A stretch of 43,303 nucleotides of DNA, taken from positions 1 to 43,303 of the forward strand of contig JACRFU010000062.1 in NCBI GenBank assembly GCA_016212585.1, given 5' to 3'. The first letter of the stretch is position 1. Each line of letters begins with the position of its first letter. The notes beneath the pieces were generated by a model, which ran no database searches, was not told the origin of the DNA, and saw only the letters and a program-made list of their open reading frames with translations. The position numbers and the translations under genes were made by a program. The DNA is from Candidatus Magasanikiibacteriota bacterium. Lineage in GTDB: Bacteria; Patescibacteriota; Patescibacteriia; Magasanikbacterales; UBA10146. Below, in pieces: positions 1 to 9,544 of the stretch.

Positions 1-62
1 AACACAAGCAAATCAACGCAATAATGGATTATGGAGCGCGGTTTCATAAGATTATGTCCATA
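1..62 (+). repeat. Family E palindromic element, right end (cut by window edge)
   Basis: aagcaaatc...taatggattatggagcgcggtttcataagattatgtccata aligns by eye with 28933-28988 (aagcacatc...taatggattatgagtgcgatttctaaatgtgatgtccata). Confidence 0.75.
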
Positions 63-63
63 G

Positions 64-138
64 ACCTCAAAATTTATTCAACAATTCTGTCTCGAACTAT
101 GCGTATTTCGTTACAAAAGCGCATTCGGCGACAGACCC
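64..138 (-). mobile_element. Family A MITE-like element, half copy (A1)
   Basis: Reverse complement of the left half of family A (acctcaaaatttattcaacaatt...gcattcggcgacagaccc); breaks off where the family E end lies. Confidence 0.85.
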
Positions 139-188
139 ATAATAGAAAATACGTACTAAAATGTCAAAAAGTTTCATTTGGGCATGAG

Positions 189-740
189 TTATGCCATCGC
201 GTAGCGCTTTAATGCTTTGCGGCACGCTTTGTAAGCCGGCACGGTCTGCGCCACCAGCTGCCAGAAAGCGCGTGAATGGTTCATTTCTTTAAGATGGCAT
301 AACTCATGCGCAACAATATAGACGGCAATATGGTCCGGCAAAAAAACTATCTGATAATTAAAATTCAAATTGCCTTTTGTTGAACAGCTCCCCCACCGGC
401 TGGAATGCTGTTTAATGCGCACTGCGCGATGAGCGTGTCCATACACCGCGTTCAATGCTTTGATTTTTTCATGCACCAGCGCGCGAGCGTGCTCACGATG
501 CGCAAGATACGAACGCCTGCCGTTTGGCAAAGAGACACGCGGCTTATGTTTTTGTATCCGCAACACCACGCGTTCTATCCATTGTTTTTTTGAATTCACC
601 CACGCGTTAAAACGCGCGCTTGGCATGGCGGACGGTCTCACCGCGATCACTTCTCCCGTGCGGCGCACCGTAATGCGCGCATGACGCGCTCGCGCGCTGG
701 AATGAGTAATATAAAAATTATTCGCCGCAAGAGAGGTCAT
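189..740 (-). CDS. M48/YgjP (SprT-like) zinc metallopeptidase-domain protein
   Basis: RWGSCS, LNFN, HELCH (HExxH) and NHSRAFW motifs. Confidence 0.85.
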   Translation of the reverse strand: MTSLAANNFYITHSSARARHARITVRRTGEVIAVRPSAMPSARFNAWVNSKKQWIERVVLRIQKHKPRVSLPNGRRSYLAHREHARALVHEKIKALNAVYGHAHRAVRIKQHSSRWGSCSTKGNLNFNYQIVFLPDHIAVYIVAHELCHLKEMNHSRAFWQLVAQTVPAYKACRKALKRYAMA

Positions 741-1126
741 AAGCGTGGCATAAACTTCAATGCCGCGGAATTAACACAGTAGCGCGTATCTTTGGGCGTC
801 ATTTTTTCTCCTTCAAACGCATGACCCAAATGCCCGCCGCATCGCGCGCATACAATTTCAACGCGCGCGCCGTCGGCGTCCGGTAGGCGTTTGATCGCGC
901 TTGGGAGCGCGTCATCAAAACTCGGCCAGCCGCATCCGGCATCAAATTTGGCATCTGACGCGAACAGTTCACTCCCGCACCCCGCGCACCGATACATTCC
1001 TTGTGCCTTGGCATCCCAATACATGCCGGTAAACGGCCGCTCGGTGGCACACCCACGCAACACCTTGTATTGCTCCGACGTTAATTCTTTTTGCCACTCT
1101 TCCTCGGTTTTTACAATTTGATTCAT
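737..1126 (-). CDS. msrB: Peptide-methionine (R)-S-oxide reductase
   Basis: TERPF, KFDAGCGWPSF, GHLGH, RYCVNSAAL and two CxxC motifs. Confidence 0.95.
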   Translation of the reverse strand: MNQIVKTEEEWQKELTSEQYKVLRGCATERPFTGMYWDAKAQGMYRCAGCGSELFASDAKFDAGCGWPSFDDALPSAIKRLPDADGARVEIVCARCGGHLGHAFEGEKMTPKDTRYCVNSAALKFMPRL

Positions 1127-1168
1127 ATACAGAAAAATTATTTTTTAATCTCATTCAACGGCAAACCT

Positions 1169-1396
1169 TCAATCAATGCGTTGATTGGCTGAAAAATCCA
1201 AATCCTCAGAGAATCTATATTGTTCAAAATACATGTGGTGCAATGCTGCTCCGCCTTTGAAGATGAGCTTATTTTTAAGAGCAGAATGGGCAATAATCTG
1301 AAGAACGAGCGTTAGAAAATAATCTTTTTCGGCAATATGGAGCGGATATTTTAAGGTTTTACGATTGATAATTTCTAACTGTTGGCGGGTTATCAT
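1169..1396 (-). pseudogene. AbiEii/AbiGii-type nucleotidyltransferase toxin, truncated
   Basis: EKDY, FKGGAAL and RFSEDLDF motifs, then a stop at 75 aa, far shorter than the 231-aa AbiEii at 19381. Confidence 0.8.
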
Positions 1397-1410
1397 AAAC
1401 GAAAATATTT

Positions 1411-2198
1411 TTAAGAGAGTGACATGTGATATTGTTCAAAATACTCGTCATAATAAAGTCTCCATTTCGCATTGAACTTTTTGTCCCCAGCAAGCATCCA
1501 GTGAGTGCCGTGTTTCGTATTTATAAGTTGATGTAAACGGGTTGAGTCAATACCAAGAAAATCAAAAATTAGACCGAATATTTTAATGGTAGTAACAGAA
1601 AACTGAGTGAGATATTCATTAATACGATTAAAATTAAGATCATTTTTATGACCCATAAGTTTCTCTATCACCACATCAATGGACAATTTGTTTTTATGAA
1701 AATTCACCATATCAATCAACGCTTTCTCGGCTGTGGCAATTCGTACTAAATTATTTTCTATTTGCTCTTCTTCATAACCAAAATATAAATGTGCTTTAGT
1801 TTTGACAAAGCCATACTCCATGTTATTCAACTTCACTGCTTTGAATGTTTTTAAACTAATTGAAACGGTTTTGCTCATAAGCTGATCAAACATATTATGA
1901 TATTGAAGCGCTGATTCAAAAGAAACATAAGAATCTGTAACCAAAAGATTGGCTATGAGATAAGGCGAAAGCGACAAAAAACCCGATTACTTAACTCTGA
2001 AATGGCATACAGCCCGCGTTTAATCCGAACGAGCCAACCATTTTTAGTAAGTTTGGTAATAAGATTTTTTGCTTGTTTATAATCCCAATCACTCTTGGCC
2101 GCCTCAATAATTTGCCCTGAAGTAACAATAAGACCATGATGCATGATCAAATTCTCCAATAATTCGCTTTGTTTAGCAGAAAGTATAGTTTGTTTCAT
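1411..2198 (-). pseudogene. AbiEi-type antitoxin, frameshifted near 1975-1985
   Basis: The wHTH N-part (LVRIKRGLY) in ORF 1953..2198 and the C-part (YVSFESALQYH, ATAEKALID) in ORF 1411..1977 lie in different frames across cgggttttttg. Confidence 0.8.
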
Positions 2199-2335
2199 AT
2201 ATCATAAATCATAAAGATAAATGACTTTATACATACATTTTAAACTATTTTAAAAAATTGGTATAATTAACAAAATGTAATGCTAAAAATCCTTTTTTGT
2301 GTCATACTATAGCCATAATTTTAATCTTTATCAAT

Positions 2336-2460
2336 ATGAATTCAAAAAAGTGTATCAAATGCGGATCAAATCAGAACAAAAAGTATGGTAAAGTGCGTGG
2401 TAGACAACGGTTTCTATGCTTCTCTTGTGGCAGACAATTCATTCCAAAACGAGATACAAC
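2336..2460 (+). pseudogene. Transposase N-terminal zinc-ribbon remnant (IS1/InsA-like or Zn-binding IS256-variant)
   Basis: MNSKKCIKCGS...KYGKVRGRQRFLCFSCGRQF; the ORF runs directly into element A2 and ends there. Confidence 0.7.
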
Positions 2461-2622
2461 GGGTCTGTCGCCGAATATGCTTTTGTAATGAAATGTACAG
2501 ATTTCGAGACAAAATTGTTGAATAAATTTTGAGGTTTAATTGCAAATTAAGCTGAAAAATTTTGAAACGATTTTGGCCGAAATATGTGCATTGCAGTAAA
2601 AATGGCATTCGTCGACAGACCC
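2461..2622 (+). mobile_element. Family A MITE-like element (A2), full length
   Basis: gggtctgtcgccgaat...attcgtcgacagaccc; highly similar to the copies at 8413, 12326 and 35473. Confidence 0.9.
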
Positions 2623-2623
2623 A

Positions 2624-3241
2624 CTAAATGACTCGCGCAATAACACGCGTAGGTGCGCTGTCTGTTTCAAATTTGGCAGGCAAGGCATATACTTCAAATG
2701 CTTCAACACCCAAAAGCGCGTTTAAATGCGTGAGATTTTCAATGAGTAAAATTTCTTTTTCTAAAAATAATTTATGAATCGGAAATGGCGAATCATCGGG
2801 ACCGGGAGTGTCTAATCCGACCATTTTTACACCGTGGTCAATGAACGAAAGCGCGCACCCGCGTGTCATACGAGGAAAATCAGTGTAATACTCCGGCGCG
2901 CCAAACTTTTCCGACCAGCCGGTCAAGCACAACACAATACTCCCTTGCGAAATTTTTACCACACTCGCCACGGTTTCATCAATCACCGCTTTGCCGCGCG
3001 CGTCAATCAAAATATCTTGTCCTATCAACCTCTCAATCGGTATTTCAGAAAGTTTTCGTCCTCCTTTTACCATATGCATCGGTCCGTCTATATGCGTGCC
3101 TACATGCATGCCAGTTCGCACTTCATGATCCGCAAACTTGTCTTTTTCAATATTCGCAATCTGTTGTAATTGCGGTACAGCATCCCCCGGATAAACAGGC
3201 ATACGCGTGGTAAAGGTATGCGTGAGATCAATATAATGCAT
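2624..3241 (-). CDS. Cyclase family metal-dependent hydrolase (kynurenine formamidase-like)
   Basis: HVGTHIDGPMH (HxGTHxDxPxH), GLDT, IENL and APTRVIA motifs. Confidence 0.9.
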   Translation of the reverse strand: MHYIDLTHTFTTRMPVYPGDAVPQLQQIANIEKDKFADHEVRTGMHVGTHIDGPMHMVKGGRKLSEIPIERLIGQDILIDARGKAVIDETVASVVKISQGSIVLCLTGWSEKFGAPEYYTDFPRMTRGCALSFIDHGVKMVGLDTPGPDDSPFPIHKLFLEKEILLIENLTHLNALLGVEAFEVYALPAKFETDSAPTRVIARVI

Positions 3242-3298
3242 AACATTTTACTTCTTGTAATTATACTTTACTAAATATATTCTGTAAATGATGGCGCA

Positions 3299-3337
3299 AT
3301 CAAAAAACACGCCGTGACCAAAGCATGTTTTTTGATT
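3299..3337. terminator. Putative intrinsic terminator downstream of secY
   Basis: Inverted repeat atcaaaaaaca...tgttttttgat with A/T tracts. Confidence 0.45.
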
Positions 3338-3435
3338 ATCTTTTATTTTTTATTCCCCAGATATTCTTTCGGCCAGTTGCCGATCAGCATCTGTAACTGG
3401 AGTAAATTTGTAGATAAACCTCGCTGACATACTAT

Positions 3436-3595
3436 GGGACTGTCGCCGAATGCGCTTTTGTAGCAAAATTTCTGAATTTTGAGATAGAATTGTTGAATAA
3501 ATTTTGAGGTTTAACAGCAGTTAAGCCGAAAAATTTTGAAACGATTTTGACCGAAATTTGCCAATGAAGGAGAAATGCTATTGGGGGACAAGTCT
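3436..3595 (+). mobile_element. Family A element (A3), right end degenerate
   Basis: gggactgtcgccgaatgc...gacaagtct; ends 1 bp from the secY stop. Confidence 0.85.
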
Positions 3596-3596
3596 A

Positions 3597-4871
3597 TTAA
3601 TATATCTCGTAATCGTGCATAGAAACACGAGCCTCTACCTGCTGGACAATTTCAATGACCACCGCCACCACAATTAAAAGCGAAGTTCCGCCGATTGCCA
3701 AAGAAGTACTGCCTGCAAATTGGCGCAAAGTCAACGGTAAAACCGCGATTGCGCCCAAAAACAACGAGCCTGCAAGTAAAATGCGATTCATAATATAGGT
3801 GAGATATTCCGCGGTCAGATGGCCCGGACGAATACCGGGAATAAACCCGCCTTGTTTTTGCAAATTTTCCGCGATTTTTTGAGGTTGAAACACAATAGCC
3901 GCGTAAAAATACGTAAACACCACCACCAGAAAAAAATATACCACGGCGTAAAAAATCTGATTGTTAAACAAACTGATCGTTGACGCGGCCGCGTTGCGCA
4001 ACCATGGCGCGCTCGCGTGCGCAAAAAATTGCGCGATCATGCTCGGAAACAAAATCAAAGAAATCGCGAAAATAATCGGAATTACGCCTGCCATATTAAC
4101 GCGCAATGGCAAGTGTGACTGCGTGCCGCCGTAGGATTTGCCGCCATGAATATGCCGCGCGTACGATACCGGTATATTGCGCTGTCCTTCAGTAATAAAT
4201 ACCACGCCGATAATGGTAAAGATTGCAACGCCCACAAACAAAATCATATTCAACAGCTGGCTTGAGTCATACGTCAAAAGTGTCTGTTGAAGCCTGCCCG
4301 GCAAACCGGAAATAATACCGGCAAAAATAATCAATGAAATGCCGTTGCCGATTTTACGCTCGGAGATAAGTTCTCCAATCCACATAAGAAACATACAACC
4401 CGCGGTAATGGTGATCATAGAGGTGACCAAGCGCATAACGCTTAAATCCGTAATAACACCGCGAGCGGAAGCGCGCAGAAGCATAATGGTGCCGTATCCC
4501 TGTAAAATTGCCAAAGGCACGGTTGCGTAACGAGTATATTGATTAATTTTTTGCTGGCCTTGTTCCCCTTCTTTGGAAAGCGCGTCAAGCGAAGGAATTA
4601 CCATACCCAACAACTGAAAAATAATTGATGCGGTAATGTATGGTCCCACGCCAAGCATAATAACAGAAAAATTTTGCAAAGTGCCTCCGGAAAACACATT
4701 GACCAAGCCCAAAATCTGATTGGATTGAAAAAAACGGCGCAATGCGATAACATCTACGCCAGGAATGGGAATATGCGCGAGTAATCGGAAAATCACGAGC
4801 ATCCCTATGACAAATAAAACATCGCGTCGCAAATCTTTGATTTTCCAAATGTGTCCTAACCGTTCAAACAT
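3597..4871 (-). CDS. secY: Preprotein translocase subunit SecY
   Basis: LGVGPYITASII, GNGISLIIF and FIPGIRPG motifs; follows rplO. Confidence 0.98.
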   Translation of the reverse strand: MFERLGHIWKIKDLRRDVLFVIGMLVIFRLLAHIPIPGVDVIALRRFFQSNQILGLVNVFSGGTLQNFSVIMLGVGPYITASIIFQLLGMVIPSLDALSKEGEQGQQKINQYTRYATVPLAILQGYGTIMLLRASARGVITDLSVMRLVTSMITITAGCMFLMWIGELISERKIGNGISLIIFAGIISGLPGRLQQTLLTYDSSQLLNMILFVGVAIFTIIGVVFITEGQRNIPVSYARHIHGGKSYGGTQSHLPLRVNMAGVIPIIFAISLILFPSMIAQFFAHASAPWLRNAAASTISLFNNQIFYAVVYFFLVVVFTYFYAAIVFQPQKIAENLQKQGGFIPGIRPGHLTAEYLTYIMNRILLAGSLFLGAIAVLPLTLRQFAGSTSLAIGGTSLLIVVAVVIEIVQQVEARVSMHDYEIY

Positions 4872-4879
4872 AATGAATT

Positions 4880-5323
4880 TTAAACAGTTTTGCCTCCTGC
4901 TTTCTTAATTTTATCAAGAGCGCCTTTGGATAGCAAGCACCCCTTGATTGCCAGCTTCTTGGTAAGTTCCCCCTTAGAGAGTATTTTTGCTCCAAAACGC
5001 GTGGTGGAAATCAATTTTTTAGCAAATAATGCCGAAGGAGTTACGGTCTCGCCCGCTGAAAATGCTTTTTCAAGCTGACTGCAATTGACCACCTCCTGTT
5101 TGGTAACAAAACTTTTGAAACCACCCAATTTAGGTAAACTCAAAAGCATGGGGCGCATACCCAAACGTTTCAAACGGCCGCGTCCGCTTCCGGTACGGGC
5201 TTTCTGGCCTTTTTGGCCGCGCGCGCTGTAGGTGCCGTGTCCGGATGCATTGCCGCGTCCTACATATTTTGCTTTGCGATGCGCGCTTGCTTTTGGTTTG
5301 AGCGTGTGTAATGAAAGTGTCAT
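4880..5323 (-). CDS. rplO: 50S ribosomal protein L15
   Basis: VGRGNASGHGTYSARGQKGQKAR; synteny. Confidence 0.97.
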   Translation of the reverse strand: MTLSLHTLKPKASAHRKAKYVGRGNASGHGTYSARGQKGQKARTGSGRGRLKRLGMRPMLLSLPKLGGFKSFVTKQEVVNCSQLEKAFSAGETVTPSALFAKKLISTTRFGAKILSKGELTKKLAIKGCLLSKGALDKIKKAGGKTV

Positions 5324-5337
5324 ATCAATTGGTATAG

Positions 5338-5952
5338 TTAAATTGCTGAATCAGCCTTTTGTTCAATGTGTGAAGCCTCCGGTGCGGCTATTGCTGTTTT
5401 GATACGGCGCGCGCGCAACATTTCCAATGCTTTAAATGTCGCTTTCACATTATTGATTTTATTTTTGCTTCCCAACATTTTACTCACAATGTTCGGCACG
5501 CCCGCCATCTGAAGCACAATACGCGTGGCACCACCGGCAATAATACCAGAACCTTTTGGAGCCGGCTTCAAGAGCAAAACACCGGACGCAAACTTTGCGT
5601 CAACACGATGCGGAATTGTTTCATTGATAATCGGGACGGTTATCATGTGTTTTTTCGCCTGATTAACCGCTTTATTTACTGAAAATGTTACGTCGGCTCC
5701 TTTTCCTACGCCATACCCTACGCGGCCTTTTTTATCTCCAATCACCACACACGCGCGAAAACGCATACGTTTGCCGCCTTTGGTCACACGGGTCACGCGC
5801 GCCAAATCAATAATTTCTTGGGCAAACTCGCGCTCTTCCCGTTCTCGGCGATCTCCTCTGCCGCCACCTCTTCCACCACGCGCTCCGCCTTGTCCGCCTT
5901 GGCCTTTACGGCGATCATTGCCGCTAAATTGTTTTGATTGCTGTTGTTCCAT
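5338..5952 (-). CDS. rpsE: 30S ribosomal protein S5
   Basis: RVTRVTKGGKRMRF and PAPKGSGIIAGG; Gly/Arg-rich N-terminal extension. Confidence 0.97.
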   Translation of the reverse strand: MEQQQSKQFSGNDRRKGQGGQGGARGGRGGGRGDRREREEREFAQEIIDLARVTRVTKGGKRMRFRACVVIGDKKGRVGYGVGKGADVTFSVNKAVNQAKKHMITVPIINETIPHRVDAKFASGVLLLKPAPKGSGIIAGGATRIVLQMAGVPNIVSKMLGSKNKINNVKATFKALEMLRARRIKTAIAAPEASHIEQKADSAI

Positions 5953-5981
5953 AGTTAATTTTTTATGGTGTGTATGGTGTG

Positions 5982-6359
5982 TTAGAACTCTAATCCGCCT
6001 TTGCGAGCGCCTTCCGCAACCGCCTTAATGCGCCCGTGATATTTATAACCACTCCGGTCAAACACCGCCTTATAAATACCCGCGGTTTTTGCCGCACTCG
6101 CAAGCGCTAAACCGGTTGCGTACGCCACACGCGTTTTGCCTTTGTATTCTTCCGGCGCGTCTGCCTCCTTTACGGATTTGCTCATCACGCCCACAACGGT
6201 TGATTGCTTCACATCGTCAATCAATTGCGCATAAATATGTTTAAGGCTTCTAAAAACCGACAGACGCGGACGATTTGCGGTGCCGGTCACACGCGCCCGC
6301 ACGCGATTCTTTCGCATCACGCGCCCCGTTCGTTTTTTTGTGATATCTTTTTTAAGCAT
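5982..6359 (-). CDS. rplR: 50S ribosomal protein L18
   Basis: RPRLSVFRS and VFDRSGYKYHGRIKA. Confidence 0.97.
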   Translation of the reverse strand: MLKKDITKKRTGRVMRKNRVRARVTGTANRPRLSVFRSLKHIYAQLIDDVKQSTVVGVMSKSVKEADAPEEYKGKTRVAYATGLALASAAKTAGIYKAVFDRSGYKYHGRIKAVAEGARKGGLEF

Positions 6360-6376
6360 AAAAATATATACGTATT

Positions 6377-6925
6377 TTAAGCGGCTGCTTTGCCCGCGGC
6401 CTTGCCAGCCTTTCTATGAACTATTTCATCAACATATTTGATCCCCTTGCCTTTGTACGGTTCTGGCTTCTTCAAGGCGCGAATGAGTGCGGCAGTCTGA
6501 CCAACCGCGGCCTTATCAATGCCGCTCACTTTAATGATTTCTTTTTCAACCGCAATCGTAATACCTTCTGGAATGGAAAATACAATTGGATGGGAAAACC
6601 CAAGCGAGAGTTCCAAATTTTTTCCTTTGACCGCGGCCTTAAAACCCACACCGCTAACCTCAAGCGACTTCTCAAAACCGTTCACGACGCCGTCAATCAT
6701 GTTGCGTACCAAACTTCCATGCAGGCCCCACAACGCGCGGTCATCAACCAGATCCGGGTCTTGCACGGTAATATTTAAAACACCCGCGTCTTGCGTAATG
6801 GAAATATGGGGATGCGCGTGCAATGTAAGCATCCCTTTTGGTCCTTTTACCATCACCTCAGCATCTTTAATGGTGACGGTAACGCCTGGTGGAATTTGAA
6901 TTGGTTTTTTTCCTACGCGTGACAT
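6377..6925 (-). CDS. rplF: 50S ribosomal protein L6
   Basis: MSRVGKKPI and PEPYKGKGI. Confidence 0.98.
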   Translation of the reverse strand: MSRVGKKPIQIPPGVTVTIKDAEVMVKGPKGMLTLHAHPHISITQDAGVLNITVQDPDLVDDRALWGLHGSLVRNMIDGVVNGFEKSLEVSGVGFKAAVKGKNLELSLGFSHPIVFSIPEGITIAVEKEIIKVSGIDKAAVGQTAALIRALKKPEPYKGKGIKYVDEIVHRKAGKAAGKAAA

Positions 6926-6934
6926 ATGTTTTGA

Positions 6935-7327
6935 TTAAAACAATTCACAAATAACTTCTCCGCCCAAGCCTTTGGTGCGCGCGTCTCGGCTGGTCATCAA
7001 CCCTTGCGGTGTTGAGATTATGGAAATGCCAAACCCATTATGAATAGGCCGCAATTGGTCATGTTTAATATACACGCGGCGCCCCGGTTTACTGATGCGG
7101 GTAATGGATTGCAATGACGGCTCTTTCCCCTCATGATAACGCAATGTTATTTTCAACATTGGGAACGGCTTCTCAACCAATTCAAAAGAACGCAGGTATC
7201 CGTGTGCGGCCAAAATTTTGGCAATTTCAACTTTTACCTTTGAGGCCGGAGCCGTTACGGTTTCATGGCGCACTTTGTAGGCGTTGCGCAAACGGGTTAA
7301 GAAATCACTGATTGGATCGGAATGCAT
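6935..7327 (-). CDS. rpsH: 30S ribosomal protein S8
   Basis: DPISDFLTRLRNA and SKPGRRVY; start moved to the ATG at 7327. Confidence 0.96.
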   Translation of the reverse strand: MHSDPISDFLTRLRNAYKVRHETVTAPASKVKVEIAKILAAHGYLRSFELVEKPFPMLKITLRYHEGKEPSLQSITRISKPGRRVYIKHDQLRPIHNGFGISIISTPQGLMTSRDARTKGLGGEVICELF

Positions 7328-7353
7328 AAAAAATAATTCTTGTGTATAAAAAA

Positions 7354-7539
7354 TTACCAACTGGATTTTGTAATGCCGGGCAACTCCCCCCTATTTGCCA
7401 ATTCTCTAAAGCATATACGACACAGTTTGAAACGGCGCATATACCCATGCTTTCTGCCGCAACGCCAACATCGGCGCACCAAGCGAGTAGAAAACTTCGG
7501 TTTCTTAATGGACTTCGCGATTTGTCCTGTGGTTGCCAT
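7354..7539 (-). CDS. rpsN: 30S ribosomal protein S14, zinc-binding short type
   Basis: 61 aa, CWRCGR...LCRICFRE. Confidence 0.96.
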   Translation of the reverse strand: MATTGQIAKSIKKPKFSTRLVRRCWRCGRKHGYMRRFKLCRICFRELANRGELPGITKSSW

Positions 7540-7544
7540 ACAGA

Positions 7545-8090
7545 TTATTTAGTAATCTTTTGTAAAGGGAATCCTGCCAAACGAAACAGCATCTTTGCTT
7601 CTTCAGGCGTTTTTGCGTCCGTGGTCACAGCAACCTCAAGACCATGCAGACGGTCAACCTCGTCGGATCGCACTTCCGGAAACGCGACATGTTCTTTAAA
7701 ACCAATTGCCAAATTACCTCTCTGGTCAAAACTCTTTTCAGACAATCCGCGAAAATCTCTCACGCGCGGAAAGGTGATGTTGATTAATTTGTCAATAAAA
7801 TCATACATACGCGCGCCGCGGAGCGTAACTTTGGCGCCAATAATCTGACCCTCGCGCACTTTGAAGTTTGAAATAGATTTACGCGCTTTGGTAAAGACAG
7901 ACTTCTGACCCGTAATATGTTCAAGCGTGCTTCTTACCGCTTCTTGTATTTTTGCGTCTTTAAGCAATTTACCAAAACCAACATTCACCACCACTTTGGT
8001 AAAACGAGGCGCTCCGGCCACCGATTTATAGTGGAATGTATTCTGAAGCGCGGCGCGTATTTCACTGATGTATTTTTCTTTTAAACTCAT
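7545..8090 (-). CDS. rplE: 50S ribosomal protein L5
   Basis: [14 protein letters not shown] and PRVRDFRG. Confidence 0.98.
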   Translation of the reverse strand: MSLKEKYISEIRAALQNTFHYKSVAGAPRFTKVVVNVGFGKLLKDAKIQEAVRSTLEHITGQKSVFTKARKSISNFKVREGQIIGAKVTLRGARMYDFIDKLINITFPRVRDFRGLSEKSFDQRGNLAIGFKEHVAFPEVRSDEVDRLHGLEVAVTTDAKTPEEAKMLFRLAGFPLQKITK

Positions 8091-8092
8091 AC

Positions 8093-8401
8093 TTATAGGT
8101 CATTATTACATTTCTTGCAAACGCGCGTCTTGCTCTTGCCTTCAACCCTAAAACCAACACGCACACCGCGCTCGCAATGCGAACACAAAAGCGCGACATT
8201 TGAGACCGCCATAGGCGCGGACAATTCCAAAATCTGACCTTTTTGCCCCTGAGTGCGGGTGCGCAAATGCTTTTTAATAATATTTACTCCTTCTACCGCC
8301 ACTTTGTTCTCATGCGGAAACACCTGAATAACCTTTCCTGTTTTTCCTTTGTCTTTTCCCGCTAGAACTTTTATGGTGTCGCCAATTTTAATCTTTTTCA
8401 T
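8093..8401 (-). CDS. rplX: 50S ribosomal protein L24
   Basis: KOW motif GDTIKVLAGKDKGKTGKV; probable start ATG 8401 (the upstream extension is element-derived). Confidence 0.96.
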   Translation of the reverse strand: MKKIKIGDTIKVLAGKDKGKTGKVIQVFPHENKVAVEGVNIIKKHLRTRTQGQKGQILELSAPMAVSNVALLCSHCERGVRVGFRVEGKSKTRVCKKCNNDL

Positions 8402-8412
8402 ATTGAGGTTAT

Positions 8413-8573
8413 GGGTCTGTCGCCGCATGCGCTTTTGTAATGAAACGCGCAGATTTCGAGACAAAATTGTTGAATAAATTTTGAGGTTTAATAATTTTTA
8501 AGCTGAAAAATTTTGAAATAATTTTGTCCGAAAGATGCGCGTTGCAATCAAAATGGCATTCGGCGACAGACCC
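8413..8573 (+). mobile_element. Family A element (A4) between rplN and rplX
   Basis: gggtctgtcgccgcatgc...gcattcggcgacagaccc; long imperfect palindrome. Confidence 0.92.
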
Positions 8574-8576
8574 ATA

Positions 8577-8948
8577 TTATACCACTTCAGGCGCTAATGA
8601 AATAATTTTGGCAAAGCCTTTGTCGCGCAATTCGCGCGCAATCGGACCAAATACACGGCTTGCTTTTGGTTCTTTTGATTCTTTATCAACAATCACCGCG
8701 GCGTTGTCGTCAAAACGCACCGTAATGCCGTTACTGCGATTAATAGCCGCGCGCGTACGCACAATCACCGCATGCGCCACATCGCCTTTTTTAACCATAC
8801 CATACGGCTGGGCTTCTTTCACCGCTACAGTAATAATATCCCCCACGCGGGCGTAGCGCTTTTTGTAACCGCCAAGTACGCGAATACACTGGAGCTTTTT
8901 TGCTCCGGTATTATCTGCTACGGCTAACATGGTGCGGTGTTGTATCAT
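8577..8948 (-). CDS. rplN: 50S ribosomal protein L14
   Basis: [15 protein letters not shown] and SLAPEV. Confidence 0.98.
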   Translation of the reverse strand: MIQHRTMLAVADNTGAKKLQCIRVLGGYKKRYARVGDIITVAVKEAQPYGMVKKGDVAHAVIVRTRAAINRSNGITVRFDDNAAVIVDKESKEPKASRVFGPIARELRDKGFAKIISLAPEVV

Positions 8949-8960
8949 ATTCGTGTTTAG

Positions 8961-9083
8961 TAGGACTTACGCCTTTGGCCAATTTCTTCGTCAAAGCCTG
9001 CGCTTCTCGCTCGTCGTAGATATACTACGGCTTGCTCCGATGCTCGGCTTTTCCTTGAACTTGTCTCAAAGGCGTAAGTCCTA
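8961..9083 (+). mobile_element. Family B element (B1) between rpsQ and rplN
   Basis: Perfect 17-bp TIR taggacttacgcctttg/caaaggcgtaagtccta; flanked by direct repeat TTTAG (8956-8960, 9084-9088). Confidence 0.9.
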
Positions 9084-9084
9084 T

Positions 9085-9336
9085 TTAGGCTTTTTTAGCA
9101 ATACGCCAGCGCTTATCTTTGGATAACGGACGGCATTCAATAAAAGAAACCTTGTCGCCGGGCGCGTAGACGCCGCTGGTATAATGCACCTTAAATTTTG
9201 CGTGCACGATATAAAACTTTAAATACTTTGGGTGTTTTTTTACCTGTTCAACTTTTACCACAAGCGTTTTAGGCATCTTGGCGGAAGTAACAATGCCGGT
9301 AAAAACTTTATGTTGTACATTTTTTTTCTCTTGCAT
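9085..9336 (-). CDS. rpsQ: 30S ribosomal protein S17
   Basis: KMPKTLVV, HPKY and ECRPLSKDKRW. Confidence 0.96.
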   Translation of the reverse strand: MQEKKNVQHKVFTGIVTSAKMPKTLVVKVEQVKKHPKYLKFYIVHAKFKVHYTSGVYAPGDKVSFIECRPLSKDKRWRIAKKA

Positions 9337-9337
9337 A

Positions 9338-9544
9338 TTATTTAATAACTATGTGCTTCAACAAAGTTAAGAGATGCGCGATGCGTTTGTGTGCGGCTTT
9401 CACCAAATGCACCTGCTTGACTTCTTGCGTGTGCACTTTAAACCGTAACGCGCGCAATGCCTCGCGCTCAGTGGCGAGCATACTCACGAGCTCATCCGAG
9501 TTTTTTGCACGCAATTCCTGTAATTGTATTTTTATTTTACTCAT
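9338..9544 (-). CDS. rpmC: 50S ribosomal protein L29
   Basis: ELR...LRF...IAHLLT; position between rplP and rpsQ. Confidence 0.9.
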   Translation of the reverse strand: MSKIKIQLQELRAKNSDELVSMLATEREALRALRFKVHTQEVKQVHLVKAAHKRIAHLLTLLKHIVIK

